DNA of 64,000 nucleotides from a virus (Duplodnaviria; Caudoviricetes): IMG/VR virus record IMGVR_UViG_2660237942_000001, positions 7,301 to 71,300 of that record; one strand, 5' to 3'. Shown piece by piece: positions 47,890 to 57,740 of this stretch (position 1 is its first letter; each line of letters starts with the position of its first letter). The notes under the pieces were generated by a model. It saw only the letters and a program-made list of their open reading frames with translations, ran no database searches and was not told where the DNA came from. The position numbers and the translations under genes were made by a program.

Positions 47890-48309
47890 ATGATAATGAC
47901 AAATCAGAATGCACCTGTTATTAGTTTTGAAGGGTATCGAATTGCTAATTTAGAATATAAAGCATATTCGGAAGAAAACTTTATAAAAAGATCTTCCGAA
48001 GTAGATATGACAAAATTTAAAGTTGAAATTTCTATGGATTTTGAAAATAGAATATCTCAAATCAAAATAACTGTTAATTTTGCAAACGAAAAAAATTTAC
48101 AAATTGGATTGTTAACTTTTTTAGGGCAATTTAAAATTGGAGACGCCGTTACTGATGAAGAAGAGGCAAGAAAATATTTATTAACTAATGGTACGGCTAT
48201 TATGTTTCCGTATGTTAGATCTTTAGTTTCCATGATTACAGCCCTTGATAAGGGTGATGTGACTGTTTTACCAACATTTAACTTTTCAAGTGGATTCCAA
48301 GAAGAATAA
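47890..48309 (+). CDS. SecB-like chaperone
   Basis: LLTNGTAIMFPYVRSLVSMITA...LPTFNF. Confidence 0.85.
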   Translation: MIMTNQNAPVISFEGYRIANLEYKAYSEENFIKRSSEVDMTKFKVEISMDFENRISQIKITVNFANEKNLQIGLLTFLGQFKIGDAVTDEEEARKYLLTNGTAIMFPYVRSLVSMITALDKGDVTVLPTFNFSSGFQEE

Positions 48310-48442
48310 TATAAAAGCACCCATAACTGGATGCTTGAAAAATATGTAAGAAGAACTCGATTTAGTCGTTGAGCTCATTCTTGCATATTTTTTTGACAAG
48401 TAAAGTTATTTGTATAAAATTTTATACATTTGTATCTGTTAA

Positions 48443-48610
48443 TTACTCCAGTATTTTTTCAATCTCTCTAAACTCATCTAAGCTCATGATGTAGTGCAGG
48501 TGTTGCTCTCCATATCCAACTTGCAGCAGAACAACATCTTCGCTCAAGTTACCCTTGGCAATGATGCAAAAATGACCAGCGTGCTTGTGATACCAAAAAT
48601 CAGAATTCAT
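48443..48610 (-). CDS. Small hypothetical protein (55 aa)
   Basis: Strong SD before MNSDFWYHKHAGHFCIIAKG... Confidence 0.55.
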   Translation of the reverse strand: MNSDFWYHKHAGHFCIIAKGNLSEDVVLLQVGYGEQHLHYIMSLDEFREIEKILE

Positions 48611-48816
48611 TTTATCACTCCCTTTATCTTATATAGATAGATACGAAAAAGGAGAGCGATTTTTTTAAATTTTGCGCACAAATTTTTGCGCGTGCAAAAA
48701 ACGTGCATGAGTCATTAACGTTCTTATGGCTTCTTATGCTTTTTAAAAATAAAAAAATAGCCTAAATCCTTGATATAAAAGGACTTAGGCTTTTTTGAAA
48801 TGCTTCTTATTGTTAC

Positions 48817-48834
48817 TAAAATGGAGTCGGCGGG
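48817..48834 (+). repeat. att core copy at the prophage/satellite junction
   Basis: TAAAATGGAGTCGGCGGG identical to 61990-62007. Confidence 0.9.
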
Positions 48835-48909
48835 GTTTCATTTGTGAATTTTGTGTATTGCTGTTATACCGGCAATATCAAGGCATTAAATAGCTTTTAA
48901 AAGCTTGGT

Positions 48910-48939
48910 GGTTGCCATAACGGTTGCCATTGGTTGCCA
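48910..48939 (+). repeat. Integrase arm-type sites (GGTTGCCA x3; two more at 61875 and 61887)
   Basis: Same octamer clustered just inside both ends of the satellite. Confidence 0.7.
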
Positions 48940-48995
48940 ATCAACATATTAACCACTTAAAAGGTATAGGGTTAGTTCTAAGTGGTATGGCTGAC

Positions 48996-50177
48996 CTATT
49001 CAGTAATATAATTGGCCAACTTTTCCGCTGTTTCTCTTTCCTTATTCTCGGTAACGTGGCTATAAACGTTTAAAATAACGTCCATATCTGCATCACCCAA
49101 CCGAGATTGAACTTCTTTAATTGTTGCCCCAGATTCTAACATCATAGTGGCATGAGTGTGGCGGAACTTGTGAATGGTGATTGGTGTAAATTCCTTTGGC
49201 CGATCATCTATGATACTATGCAACCACTTGCCGGGGGTATTTAATGATTTAAGACCGTTCTTAGTGTTGGCAAAAACTAATTGTTTAGGCTTGCTGGTGT
49301 TAAAACCTAGAATGGTGTACTGTTCTTTCTGTTTTGCTTGCCAACGTTTCAGCAAATCAATAGTAACACGATCTAAAGTTATAACCCGTTTGCCTCGTGC
49401 TGTTTTGGGGGTCTGAATGATTTGTTTACCGTTCTGGCCTTGGGCAACAGTCTTATTAATATCAAGGGCGTGCTTATCAAAATCAACATCGCCCCATGTA
49501 AGTGCTAAGCACTCACCCCGGCGAATACCCGTAAAGGCCAACACTCTAAACAGGGTGAACTTTTCTAATTCTGTTTCTGGGTCAATGTAACTAAAGAACC
49601 GAGATAGTTCTTCTTTTGTCCAGTAGTTATTGCGATCGTCTTCCCATTCACCTTTGTGCTGGGGTAGGGTAACAACGTTGACGGGGTTCTTTTGAATGTA
49701 GCCCCGTTGTAGAGCAAATTTAAAGACCATATTAGTGTAATGATACCACTTGCGATAATTTACCTTAACTTCATCAAACCATTGGTTAACAGCCTGCTGA
49801 ACGTTTCTGGCGGTTATGGTTTTAATGCGTTTATTGCCAAAAGCTGGTAAAATATGGTTGTCAAACATTTTAGGAACACGCAAGGCGGTGCTTTCCTTGA
49901 CGGTATGAATATAGGTTTCATACCATTCAGAGTAAACATCACGAAATAGAACATGCTTTTCCTTGTTTATTCCACCGTTTTGTATTTCTAATTCCAACCG
50001 TGAAGCCATTAACGTGGCTTCTTTTTTTGTCTTGAAACCCCGTCGGTGGATCTTCACTGGTTTACCAGTTTGGGGATTAGTCCCACCATATAAATGAATT
50101 GAATAACGTTTTTCGCCTGCTTTAGTTAAATATGTGTTAATGCTTGCCATAATAAAAACTTCCTTTATAACGGCCAA
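48996..50177 (-). CDS. int: Tyrosine integrase of the satellite
   Basis: TGIRRGECLAL...HKFRHTHATMMLE...RLGD...LNVYSH. Confidence 0.95.
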   Translation of the reverse strand: MAVIKEVFIMASINTYLTKAGEKRYSIHLYGGTNPQTGKPVKIHRRGFKTKKEATLMASRLELEIQNGGINKEKHVLFRDVYSEWYETYIHTVKESTALRVPKMFDNHILPAFGNKRIKTITARNVQQAVNQWFDEVKVNYRKWYHYTNMVFKFALQRGYIQKNPVNVVTLPQHKGEWEDDRNNYWTKEELSRFFSYIDPETELEKFTLFRVLAFTGIRRGECLALTWGDVDFDKHALDINKTVAQGQNGKQIIQTPKTARGKRVITLDRVTIDLLKRWQAKQKEQYTILGFNTSKPKQLVFANTKNGLKSLNTPGKWLHSIIDDRPKEFTPITIHKFRHTHATMMLESGATIKEVQSRLGDADMDVILNVYSHVTENKERETAEKLANYITE

Positions 50178-50225
50178 TGCGGGGCATGTTATGTAAGGTT
50201 GTTTGTGGCGTTGCTGCTATGTGGT

Positions 50226-50636
50226 TTATTTGTAGGCTTTTTTGACTACATCAAAGAAGCGGCTAATTGTTTCTAATTGATCGAACTTCTTATTTTCTAG
50301 CAGGTTGTTGTAAAACTTGGTGAAGTAATCTAGATCTTGTTGGTACATTTCCCCTAATTCTTTGGGGGTTTTTTTTTCGGGTTCAAATAGTTTAGCGATT
50401 TTCTTTGCCATGGTTTTATTGTCGTAATAGTCGGATTCTTCATCAATTCCCATAAGGTAGGAAACTGAAACATTAAAATAATCCGCCAACTTATTCCATG
50501 TTTTTATTTTTGGTTCTCGTTGTCCTTTTTCATAAAGGCTAATTGATTGCGGTGTAACCCCAGCTATCTTTGCTAAAGCCGATTGGGAAAGGTTTTCTTT
50601 TTTCCGTAATTCTGAAAGTCTATTCGTATTACTCAC
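50226..50636 (-). CDS. Stl-like XRE repressor
   Basis: LSELRKKENLSQSALAKIAGVTPQSISLYEKGQREP. Confidence 0.9.
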   Translation of the reverse strand: MSNTNRLSELRKKENLSQSALAKIAGVTPQSISLYEKGQREPKIKTWNKLADYFNVSVSYLMGIDEESDYYDNKTMAKKIAKLFEPEKKTPKELGEMYQQDLDYFTKFYNNLLENKKFDQLETISRFFDVVKKAYK

Positions 50637-50679
50637 CCCTTTTCATACAACAATTATAATGCTAAACAATACAAAATCA

Positions 50680-50748
50680 CAACTAAAAGTTGAACAAGCA
50701 TTGACAACAACAAAAAGTTGAGTATGATAGAGTTACAACTAAAAGTTG
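50680..50748. promoter_or_regulatory. Satellite switch: TTGACA/TATGAT promoter with three CAACWAAAAGTTG operators
   Basis: Palindromic 13-mers at 50680, 50708, 50736. Confidence 0.75.
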
Positions 50749-50769
50749 AATATTGATAGTTGAAAAGAG

Positions 50770-50973
50770 GTGAAAAACATGCCAGAAGTTAACCCAGATC
50801 TTTTATTAGCGGTAAGGCGAAAGCGTGGGGAACTTAATTTGACGGTTGCGGAATTATCAAATTCCACTGGGATAAGCCGTTGGACGTTAAGCCCTATTCT
50901 TTCAGGAAAGCATACCAGCGCCAATAGAACCACGATTAAAAAGCTCGACAACTGGCTATACCAACACATCTAA
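50770..50973 (+). CDS. Cro/Str-like HTH regulator
   Basis: LTVAELSNSTGISRWTLSPI. Confidence 0.8.
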   Translation: MKNMPEVNPDLLLAVRRKRGELNLTVAELSNSTGISRWTLSPILSGKHTSANRTTIKKLDNWLYQHI

Positions 50974-50988
50974 AGGGGTGACAAAAAA

Positions 50989-51264
50989 ATGGCCATATCA
51001 GTACCGTTAGAGCTTCCCGAGGAAGCCCTAGAGCAGATTAAAGCAACAATGTTTGAAACGGCTGTAGAGGCATTTAAGACCGCTGGCAAGAAACAAGATT
51101 TTCCTAACTGGATGAATTTAACTCAAACTGCTGGCTACATGGGTGTCTCAAAAGCCACTTTGAACAATTTCATTAAACAAGGTCTAAAAGTTGCAACGAT
51201 TAACGGCATTCAACGGGTTTGCCAAAATGAAGCAGATCGCTTTTTTATTGAACATCAGATTTAA
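50989..51264 (+). CDS. Excisionase-like HTH protein
   Basis: WMNLTQTAGYMGVSKATLNNFIKQGL. Confidence 0.75.
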   Translation: MAISVPLELPEEALEQIKATMFETAVEAFKTAGKKQDFPNWMNLTQTAGYMGVSKATLNNFIKQGLKVATINGIQRVCQNEADRFFIEHQI

Positions 51265-51325
51265 ATAAAATACAGGCCAATGCGGGGCGTTTTTATTTAA
51301 ATTCAATGAAGGGAGGTGAAAAACT

Positions 51326-51430
51326 ATGTTAGCTTACTTAATGCTGTTTTTTCTAAAGCTTTATCTTGCTGGGGGAATTGGGGTAATCATTTATAAGATT
51401 GCTCAAGATCCGAAAGAATTTTTCAAGTAA
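51326..51430 (+). CDS. 34-aa hydrophobic peptide
   Basis: GGAGGTG SD; MLAYLMLFFLKLYLAGGIGVIIYKIAQDPKEFFK. Confidence 0.6.
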   Translation: MLAYLMLFFLKLYLAGGIGVIIYKIAQDPKEFFK

Positions 51431-51456
51431 CAACACACACCAACGGAGGTCAACAC

Positions 51457-51615
51457 ATGAACAAGGAAATCAATACCCTAACCAGCATTTTATTAGATTT
51501 ATTGGCTGATTTAGAAGCCGACGCGACGGAACCCAGCGTAATCATTAAGGCGGAAGAATCGCACGTTATTGCCAGCTTATTGTACGAAAAACTAAAAGAA
51601 AAGAAGGATTATTAA
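51457..51615 (+). CDS. 52-aa hypothetical protein
   Basis: GGAGGT SD; MNKEINTLTSILLDLL... Confidence 0.6.
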   Translation: MNKEINTLTSILLDLLADLEADATEPSVIIKAEESHVIASLLYEKLKEKKDY

Positions 51616-51738
51616 TGATGAAAAAAGTGCAAAAAAAGACACCTTGGTGGGCATACCAAAAGGCGTCATGTATCCGGTTGTTGGACTGTATTAATTATAA
51701 CACTCCTGATCTAAAAAGCAATGAAGGGGGTGTTGTGA

Positions 51739-54087
51739 ATGGCTAATGAACTAATGTCGCCTTATCTTTGGATTAACCGGGGATTTAAAGTATTCCCACT
51801 CGCAGCCAATAGCAAAGTCCCTAATTTAGGCCAACGCGGTTTTAAGGACGCTGTTGAAAGTGAAGATGATTTTAACAGTTTACGAAAATCACCGGAAGAT
51901 AATGTAGGGATTGTGCTAGAAAATACCAAGTATTTAGTGATCGATGTTGATCGCCATAACGGTGTAGATAACGTGGCCGCTCTGGGTACGGATTTGGAAG
52001 AAATGAAAGAGACTTATTACGAAACAACTCCCAATGACGGCTACCACTTCTTCTATATGATCGATCCTAAAAAGAAGATTGGTGTACGTAAAACAATTCC
52101 CGTTACTTTAGATAACGGCGCACATGTTGAAATTAAAATGCAGCATGTAGTTGTTTCCCCCTCCAAGATTGACGGGAAAGCCTACACGCCACACGGCAAT
52201 TGGGACGATGTTAAAGTCGCCCCGGATTGGGTTAACAATGCTATAGCTGAGGAAAAGAGATTAAAAGAAGAACAGCAATATACAACGGAAAGTATTGAAC
52301 GGGCTTATGTAGACGATACTACTGCAATTCGAGCCATTCAAAATTACATCGAACGTCATTCCGATGACCTGCAAGACGAGGCGAAATACAAAACATTCTT
52401 ATTTGAAATTGTGGGCAACGTTTTGGATAACGAAATTAGTAAGACCGTTGCTAATCGTGCTGTGGTTTTGGCTGCTAATGGTGATCCCGAATGGGTGAAG
52501 AACAACAAACGGGATTTAGCTTATCGGCTAAATAACACCGCTCCCGGACAAAACAAACTTCCATTTAAAACTTACTTTGGTCTTAATAAAGCGCCAGAAT
52601 ACCAATATGAAGAAGTACCGGAAGACACCGACGAGAGCCAACCAAAGCAAAAGCGTTTGAATATAGCGGCATTGGCGGATGAATATCACGAACAAGAACA
52701 CAGCGAAAAAGCTCCCGACACGACCCATGTAATGGGGCTGATGATGACTGAATATAAATTTGTAATTCTAGGGCATGAAGAAAATTCACCACTTGCCGTA
52801 TATGATAAACAACAAGGCTTATATAGAACTTCTGATAATTTTATTGATTTTCTTATTTTACAGGAGGCCCCACGGCTAACATCTCGCCAAATCACTGAAG
52901 TTCATCAGAAAATCAGTTGGCAAGCCCTAAGCTGTAATCGTGTTGAACCCACCAAGGATAAAAATTTGATTCCGGTTAAGAATGGTATTTTTAAGGTTGA
53001 TACCGGTGAACTACTTCCGTTTAGTAGCGATTATATTTTTACTTCCGAGATCGCTACACCATTCGACCCAGACGCCAAAGAACCAGAGTTAGGGCCGAAT
53101 AATTGGAAACCGTCAGAATGGTTAATGGGAATTGCAAACGGTGACAAAGACGTTAATACCTTACTTTGGCAAGTGATACATGCGTCAATCAACGGATCAT
53201 TTTCATACCGCAAAAGTATTTGGCTGCTTGGTAAGGGTAACGATGGTAAGGGAACATTTCAAGAACTCATCATGGGAGTTGTGGGACAGCAAAACACGGC
53301 GGCATTAAAGATTAACGATTTCTCACAACGGTTTGCTATGGCTCAACTGGTTGGCAAGAGTGTGGTTATCGGTGATGATGTTCCGGCTGGTATTTACCTT
53401 GACGATTCCAGTAATTTTAATGCAGTGGTAACTGGGGACGTTGTCCAAGTAGAGCAAAAGAATAGACCGGCATACGCTATGCAGCTAACGCCAACAGTTA
53501 TTCAGTCTACTAATGAAATGCCAAAGTTCAAGAACACTTCCAACGGTACTAACCGGCGATTAATTATTGTTCCGTTTAATCATCAATTTACTAGTAACAA
53601 CGACGACTGGAGAATTAAAGACGAATACGTAACGAATCCAGATGTAAGTAAATGGGTACTCAAAAAGGCCCTAACAATGGATAGATTCGAAAAGTTTATT
53701 GAACCGGATATAGTTCAAAAACAACTGGAGATCTTCAAAGAAGACAACAACCCGCTTTTTAATTTCAAGAGTGAAGTTTTTGACAAATACGAACCCGAAG
53801 TTATTCCAGTAGGCGCGGTTTATGTTTACTACGTTCAATACCAAAAAGATAACGGCCAACGAAATATCATGAGCCAACGAAAGTTCACTAAACAGTTTGG
53901 GGAACTCATCGCAGATGATTACGAACGGAAAAGTTACCGGCTGAAAGATAATTCATGGAAGTTTGAAGAGTTTACCCGCGGTAATAATTCGGACGTTGGC
54001 CAGAGATTACTTCAATATGAAGGTGCTGACATGAATAAATGTTATGTGAAGGTAAATATCCCTCGCCATTTAAATCAATTCAAATAA
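51739..54087 (+). CDS. Bifunctional Prim-Pol primase / D5-type SF3 helicase
   Basis: FKVFPLAANSKVP...VIDVDRH...TPNDGYHF; GKGNDGKGT Walker A. Confidence 0.92.
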   Translation: MANELMSPYLWINRGFKVFPLAANSKVPNLGQRGFKDAVESEDDFNSLRKSPEDNVGIVLENTKYLVIDVDRHNGVDNVAALGTDLEEMKETYYETTPNDGYHFFYMIDPKKKIGVRKTIPVTLDNGAHVEIKMQHVVVSPSKIDGKAYTPHGNWDDVKVAPDWVNNAIAEEKRLKEEQQYTTESIERAYVDDTTAIRAIQNYIERHSDDLQDEAKYKTFLFEIVGNVLDNEISKTVANRAVVLAANGDPEWVKNNKRDLAYRLNNTAPGQNKLPFKTYFGLNKAPEYQYEEVPEDTDESQPKQKRLNIAALADEYHEQEHSEKAPDTTHVMGLMMTEYKFVILGHEENSPLAVYDKQQGLYRTSDNFIDFLILQEAPRLTSRQITEVHQKISWQALSCNRVEPTKDKNLIPVKNGIFKVDTGELLPFSSDYIFTSEIATPFDPDAKEPELGPNNWKPSEWLMGIANGDKDVNTLLWQVIHASINGSFSYRKSIWLLGKGNDGKGTFQELIMGVVGQQNTAALKINDFSQRFAMAQLVGKSVVIGDDVPAGIYLDDSSNFNAVVTGDVVQVEQKNRPAYAMQLTPTVIQSTNEMPKFKNTSNGTNRRLIIVPFNHQFTSNNDDWRIKDEYVTNPDVSKWVLKKALTMDRFEKFIEPDIVQKQLEIFKEDNNPLFNFKSEVFDKYEPEVIPVGAVYVYYVQYQKDNGQRNIMSQRKFTKQFGELIADDYERKSYRLKDNSWKFEEFTRGNNSDVGQRLLQYEGADMNKCYVKVNIPRHLNQFK

Positions 54088-54092
54088 ATGCC

Positions 54093-54416
54093 GTTACCGA
54101 AATAGCCTGCTGTTACCAGTTTGTTACCGAAATTTATAATTTGGGTAACGGCACAAACCCTTGTGGGAGTGGAGGTTAACCAGTGCTGTTACTCTGTTAC
54201 TCTATTTTATAACTTTTTAATATAATATATGGCCCCAATAAACTGCTGTGTATACAGACAAATAAAAAGTTTCGGTAACAGCACCATTTCGGTAACAGCA
54301 TAGCCTAAACCACTGGTATAACAGCATTCTGCTGTTACCGAACCGAAACCAGAACGGTAACAAAACGGTAACACCAATCCCAAACCATTGATATAACAGT
54401 GTTTTAGTTCGGTAAC
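54093..54416. repeat. Satellite replication origin with inverted iterons
   Basis: Ten GTTACC/GGTAAC hexamers in both orientations around AT-rich spacers, directly after the primase-helicase. Confidence 0.8.
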
Positions 54417-54443
54417 GCCACAAACCAAATTTAAAAGAAAGAA

Positions 54444-54836
54444 GTGGAATTGTTGGCAATAACAGAAAATGAAAAAATCACCAGAGAAGCACTTTCGTAT
54501 TGTGGGAAGTTGCTTGAGAAATACCGAGATATGCCGGAAGCCATGACCAGAATAGAAGGTTACCTAATTGATCCTAGCAGTGAAGACAATCCGAAATTAA
54601 CAGGTATATTAACAAACCGACTTCACAACTATAAAAAAATGTACGATATTCTCGATTCCTTTATGAATGATTTGAAGGAATCTGATTACGAACTCTATTC
54701 TATGGCTTATGAACATTGGCTATGGAAAAAAGAAATTGTGTACATCGCTTTGGATCATCATGCTTCTGATAGCAGTGTTGATCGTCGCTTGAGAGAGGTT
54801 AAGAGGCTGCTTGCTGAAAGGTTAGAAATGATATGA
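54444..54836 (+). CDS. RinA/ArpU-like transcriptional regulator
   Basis: C-terminal HTH IALDHHASDSSVDRRLRE. Confidence 0.6.
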   Translation: MELLAITENEKITREALSYCGKLLEKYRDMPEAMTRIEGYLIDPSSEDNPKLTGILTNRLHNYKKMYDILDSFMNDLKESDYELYSMAYEHWLWKKEIVYIALDHHASDSSVDRRLREVKRLLAERLEMI

Positions 54837-55189
54837 AATTAATTACTCATTGTATGTGGTAGGGGCATGTGTGTGCCTGAAAGGCAATGACCAGCCCTCG
54901 CACTAGCCTAGCCAGAATAAAGACACGTGTTATAATATAGTTATGCAATTCTTCTTGTAATCAACGAACCAGCCCCCAACTTCAAACGGTTGGGGGTTTT
55001 AGTTTGCTGTTGTGGCATGGCTCAAGCATTGAGCGAAAATAAAATAATGTTATAATATATTTATAGGTTATTAACCTATGCAGGGCTTTGTATGCTGGAG
55101 CAAAAGTCATAAATCTTTCTATCATTTATTAGATACATCAAAAGCAATCCCTATCACTGTAATGGTGGTGGGGTTTTTATTTGCCCAAT

Positions 55190-55211
55190 GTTGGCCCACA
55201 AATGACCCACA
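55190..55211 (+). repeat. 22-bp direct repeat (second copy 56615-56636)
   Basis: GTTGGCCCACAAATGACCCACA twice, each 18 nt upstream of TATAAT. Confidence 0.85.
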
Positions 55212-55711
55212 CGATTATTTAAAGCAGTCTATAATATAGTTATGCAATGAAGCGGAAAATTCATTGCAAATATATCCAGAAAGGGCCTTACTTAGGGCCT
55301 TAGTTGTTGCTTTACTGTTGAAGCAGCACGGCGGTATTAGATTGAGAAGTAACCAACGGGGGTTAGTTGCTTCAATGTTTGATCACATTGCACCCATTAG
55401 ATATTTGCTGATTATGTTATGATCGGCCGAGCTAAGAGAAACTTGTTGACGGTGAGCGAACAATTTAATTGTTCTGCTTAATACGATCCATATTATTTTC
55501 ATGATTCATTACTTCCTTTATGTATTATTGTTTCTGTCGTGGTTTCGTTATTTTCTAATATTTATCTCCTTATTTTTGTCCCCGTAACTTTAATAGTTGC
55601 GGGGGTTTTTGTTTGGGTAACGTTGGTAGTATTTTACGGATTTCAAATCGCTAAATTAAATGGCCTATTGATTAGTACCCAATAAACACGGATAATATAG
55701 CCCAAAAGGAG

Positions 55712-56554
55712 TTGAAAGAAATGAAGAAAACAATTGGAATTATCATGACCGGTTTAATGGCTGTTGGGATTGGTGTATCGGCCAATCAGCAATCAGTACA
55801 AGCAAAATCAACGATCAAACGTATGTGGAAAGTAATCAGCGTTGAAGATGTTGAAGCATATTATACTGCTTCTAACAAGAGTGCCTATGTTTGGAATACT
55901 AAGTTTACTAAAAGAACTAACAATTTAAAAAATTACCCCAATACCACATGGTATGTTAGTGAGCAAGTAAAGTATAATCATCGAGTGTATTACAAGATAA
56001 GCGGTTTAAGTGGTAAGGTTTATGGCTATACTTGGCGTGGCAATGTTGCGCCGTATATTTTAAAACCAATGAACAGTTTTAAAGGTGATGCCGATTATTT
56101 AAATTATCTAAATACTGATAAATCCCAAAAGGTTGCACGGGCCATTTTAAAGTTAATGCCTAATGCTGAAGTGGATTATAAATTATCTTATGCAGCTGCT
56201 AAAGCGTCAGACTTATCAAAAATTAATGGATACAGCAATGTTATTCCATTGTCTAATTTGGAAATGAAAGTCAAAGATGAGGTCGGGTTTAAGTACTCTA
56301 CTTACATTAGGTATCAACTCCAAACTAATGCTCCCACTGCAGCGGAGACGGCTAAGAATGTGAAAGCAATTCTAGAACATCATGGGTATACCTCTGAAAA
56401 ATTAGATAGTTTATTTAAGCAAGGATATAAACTAGGGATCTGTGTTGATTGTTCTGGCGCTTATAGTGCTGGAAAATATGGATATCCAAGTGAGCTTAAA
56501 CAACATTCAAACGATGGATCATCTCGGATGGGTACGCTTGTATTGGCTAAATAA
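55712..56554 (+). CDS. Secreted surface protein (paralog A)
   Basis: Signal peptide ending VQA; shares SQKV-R--LKL and GYT/KLGI/VLAK motifs with 60697-61503. Confidence 0.75.
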   Translation: MKEMKKTIGIIMTGLMAVGIGVSANQQSVQAKSTIKRMWKVISVEDVEAYYTASNKSAYVWNTKFTKRTNNLKNYPNTTWYVSEQVKYNHRVYYKISGLSGKVYGYTWRGNVAPYILKPMNSFKGDADYLNYLNTDKSQKVARAILKLMPNAEVDYKLSYAAAKASDLSKINGYSNVIPLSNLEMKVKDEVGFKYSTYIRYQLQTNAPTAAETAKNVKAILEHHGYTSEKLDSLFKQGYKLGICVDCSGAYSAGKYGYPSELKQHSNDGSSRMGTLVLAK

Positions 56555-56694
56555 TAATAATAATATAAAAGTAAGTCCTAACCACAACGGTTAGGGCTTT
56601 TTTGTTTGGCTAAAGTTGGCCCACAAATGACCCACATGAAAATACTATACGAAATATAATAATACTATAGACAAATGTTGTATTCAGAAAGAGG

Positions 56695-57039
56695 GTGAAG
56701 TCTATGAAGTCACGAGAGGATCTGTATAACTTCTTACTAACCAAACGGCCAGCAGAATTACCATTAACTAAGCATGATATTGAGTTAATCCAATCTGCTG
56801 TAGAGATCATGGAGCAAGTAGCAGCACAACAGAAAAGTATTGAGAAGCTACAAGCAGAAGACGACGCTAGAGCGCTTGAAGTTTATGAGCAAGGCGAGAA
56901 GTTAGACCGTGCTTATCTTGCAAGAGGATTGTACGAATTAAACGTAAGCAAAATGTTGATCAGTCGCCAAGCTATGAAGCTATTGAAGTTGGCTGGTGTA
57001 GATCTGGGAATTGATTTTGATAAGCCATTTATTTACTAA
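56695..57039 (+). CDS. Hypothetical coiled-coil protein
   Basis: ORF downstream of the repeat-associated promoter. Confidence 0.6.
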   Translation: MKSMKSREDLYNFLLTKRPAELPLTKHDIELIQSAVEIMEQVAAQQKSIEKLQAEDDARALEVYEQGEKLDRAYLARGLYELNVSKMLISRQAMKLLKLAGVDLGIDFDKPFIY

Positions 57040-57062
57040 CTTAATATTGGGAGGTTGCTGTT

Positions 57063-57506
57063 ATGTCGTTCAATGCCAAGAAGTATATTGAATCAATCCT
57101 GCACGATTACCCTCGTTGCGATCAGTACATTGATGATCGAGTTAAGAACATGGTTCAAGAAGCAGCAGAAGAATCGTTGCGCAATAGTAACAAAGATCTG
57201 ACTGAAAAGCAGATCAAAGAAGCCTTGTACGATGGGTACAAAGATCCCACGATCAAAGACCCTAAAACATGGGCTTTAAAACGTGATAACAATTTAGCAG
57301 GATTACAAGAGAACCAAGACGTAATTAATAGTTGCTTGGCTGAACTAAACGAGAAGGATTTAAAGACTATTGCAGCAGTGTTCTTTAATAATTATCTGAC
57401 AGCCAGAGAAGCAGCGGAACACTTGCATGTTTCTGGCGCAAAAGTATCACGAGTTACAAATAAATTTATTAAAGCAGTAGCCAAGCACAAAGGATTTGAA
57501 TTATAA
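57063..57506 (+). CDS. RinA/sigma70-r4-like HTH regulator
   Basis: LTAREAAEHLHVSGAKVSRVTNKFI. Confidence 0.65.
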   Translation: MSFNAKKYIESILHDYPRCDQYIDDRVKNMVQEAAEESLRNSNKDLTEKQIKEALYDGYKDPTIKDPKTWALKRDNNLAGLQENQDVINSCLAELNEKDLKTIAAVFFNNYLTAREAAEHLHVSGAKVSRVTNKFIKAVAKHKGFEL

Positions 57507-57740
57507 ACTTATGATTCTGATAACAATCTAGAAAGTTTGGTGTACCTAACAAAATACCCCCGGCCTTACTCTCCCAAGGCTTTCCGCCATACAATGGAGT
57601 CTTCTCACAGAAATGTTCAAAAAACGAGTATAAAAGTATAGGGGGGTAACTGTTTTAAACGTTGATATAACAGTATCTTTAACAAAAAAATATAGAAAAA
57701 AGCACCACTAAACTAAATAAAAAAGATAGGGGGCTATAGA

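Larger units (their letters stand above)
1..48834. mobile_element. Temperate prophage with contractile (myovirus-like) tail; left end outside the window
   Basis: Ordered lysogeny-replication-late control-head-tail-lysis modules; right boundary at the ssrA-3'-like sequence 48817-48834. Confidence 0.95.

Noticed and set aside
54093-54416. Possible CRISPR-like repeat array
   Set aside because: Hexamer repeats in both orientations with irregular spacing fit ori iterons; no cas genes or regular repeat-spacer array anywhere in the window
57593-57601. AATGGAGTC matching part of the att core
   Set aside because: Only 9 bp, no arm sites nearby; compatible with chance
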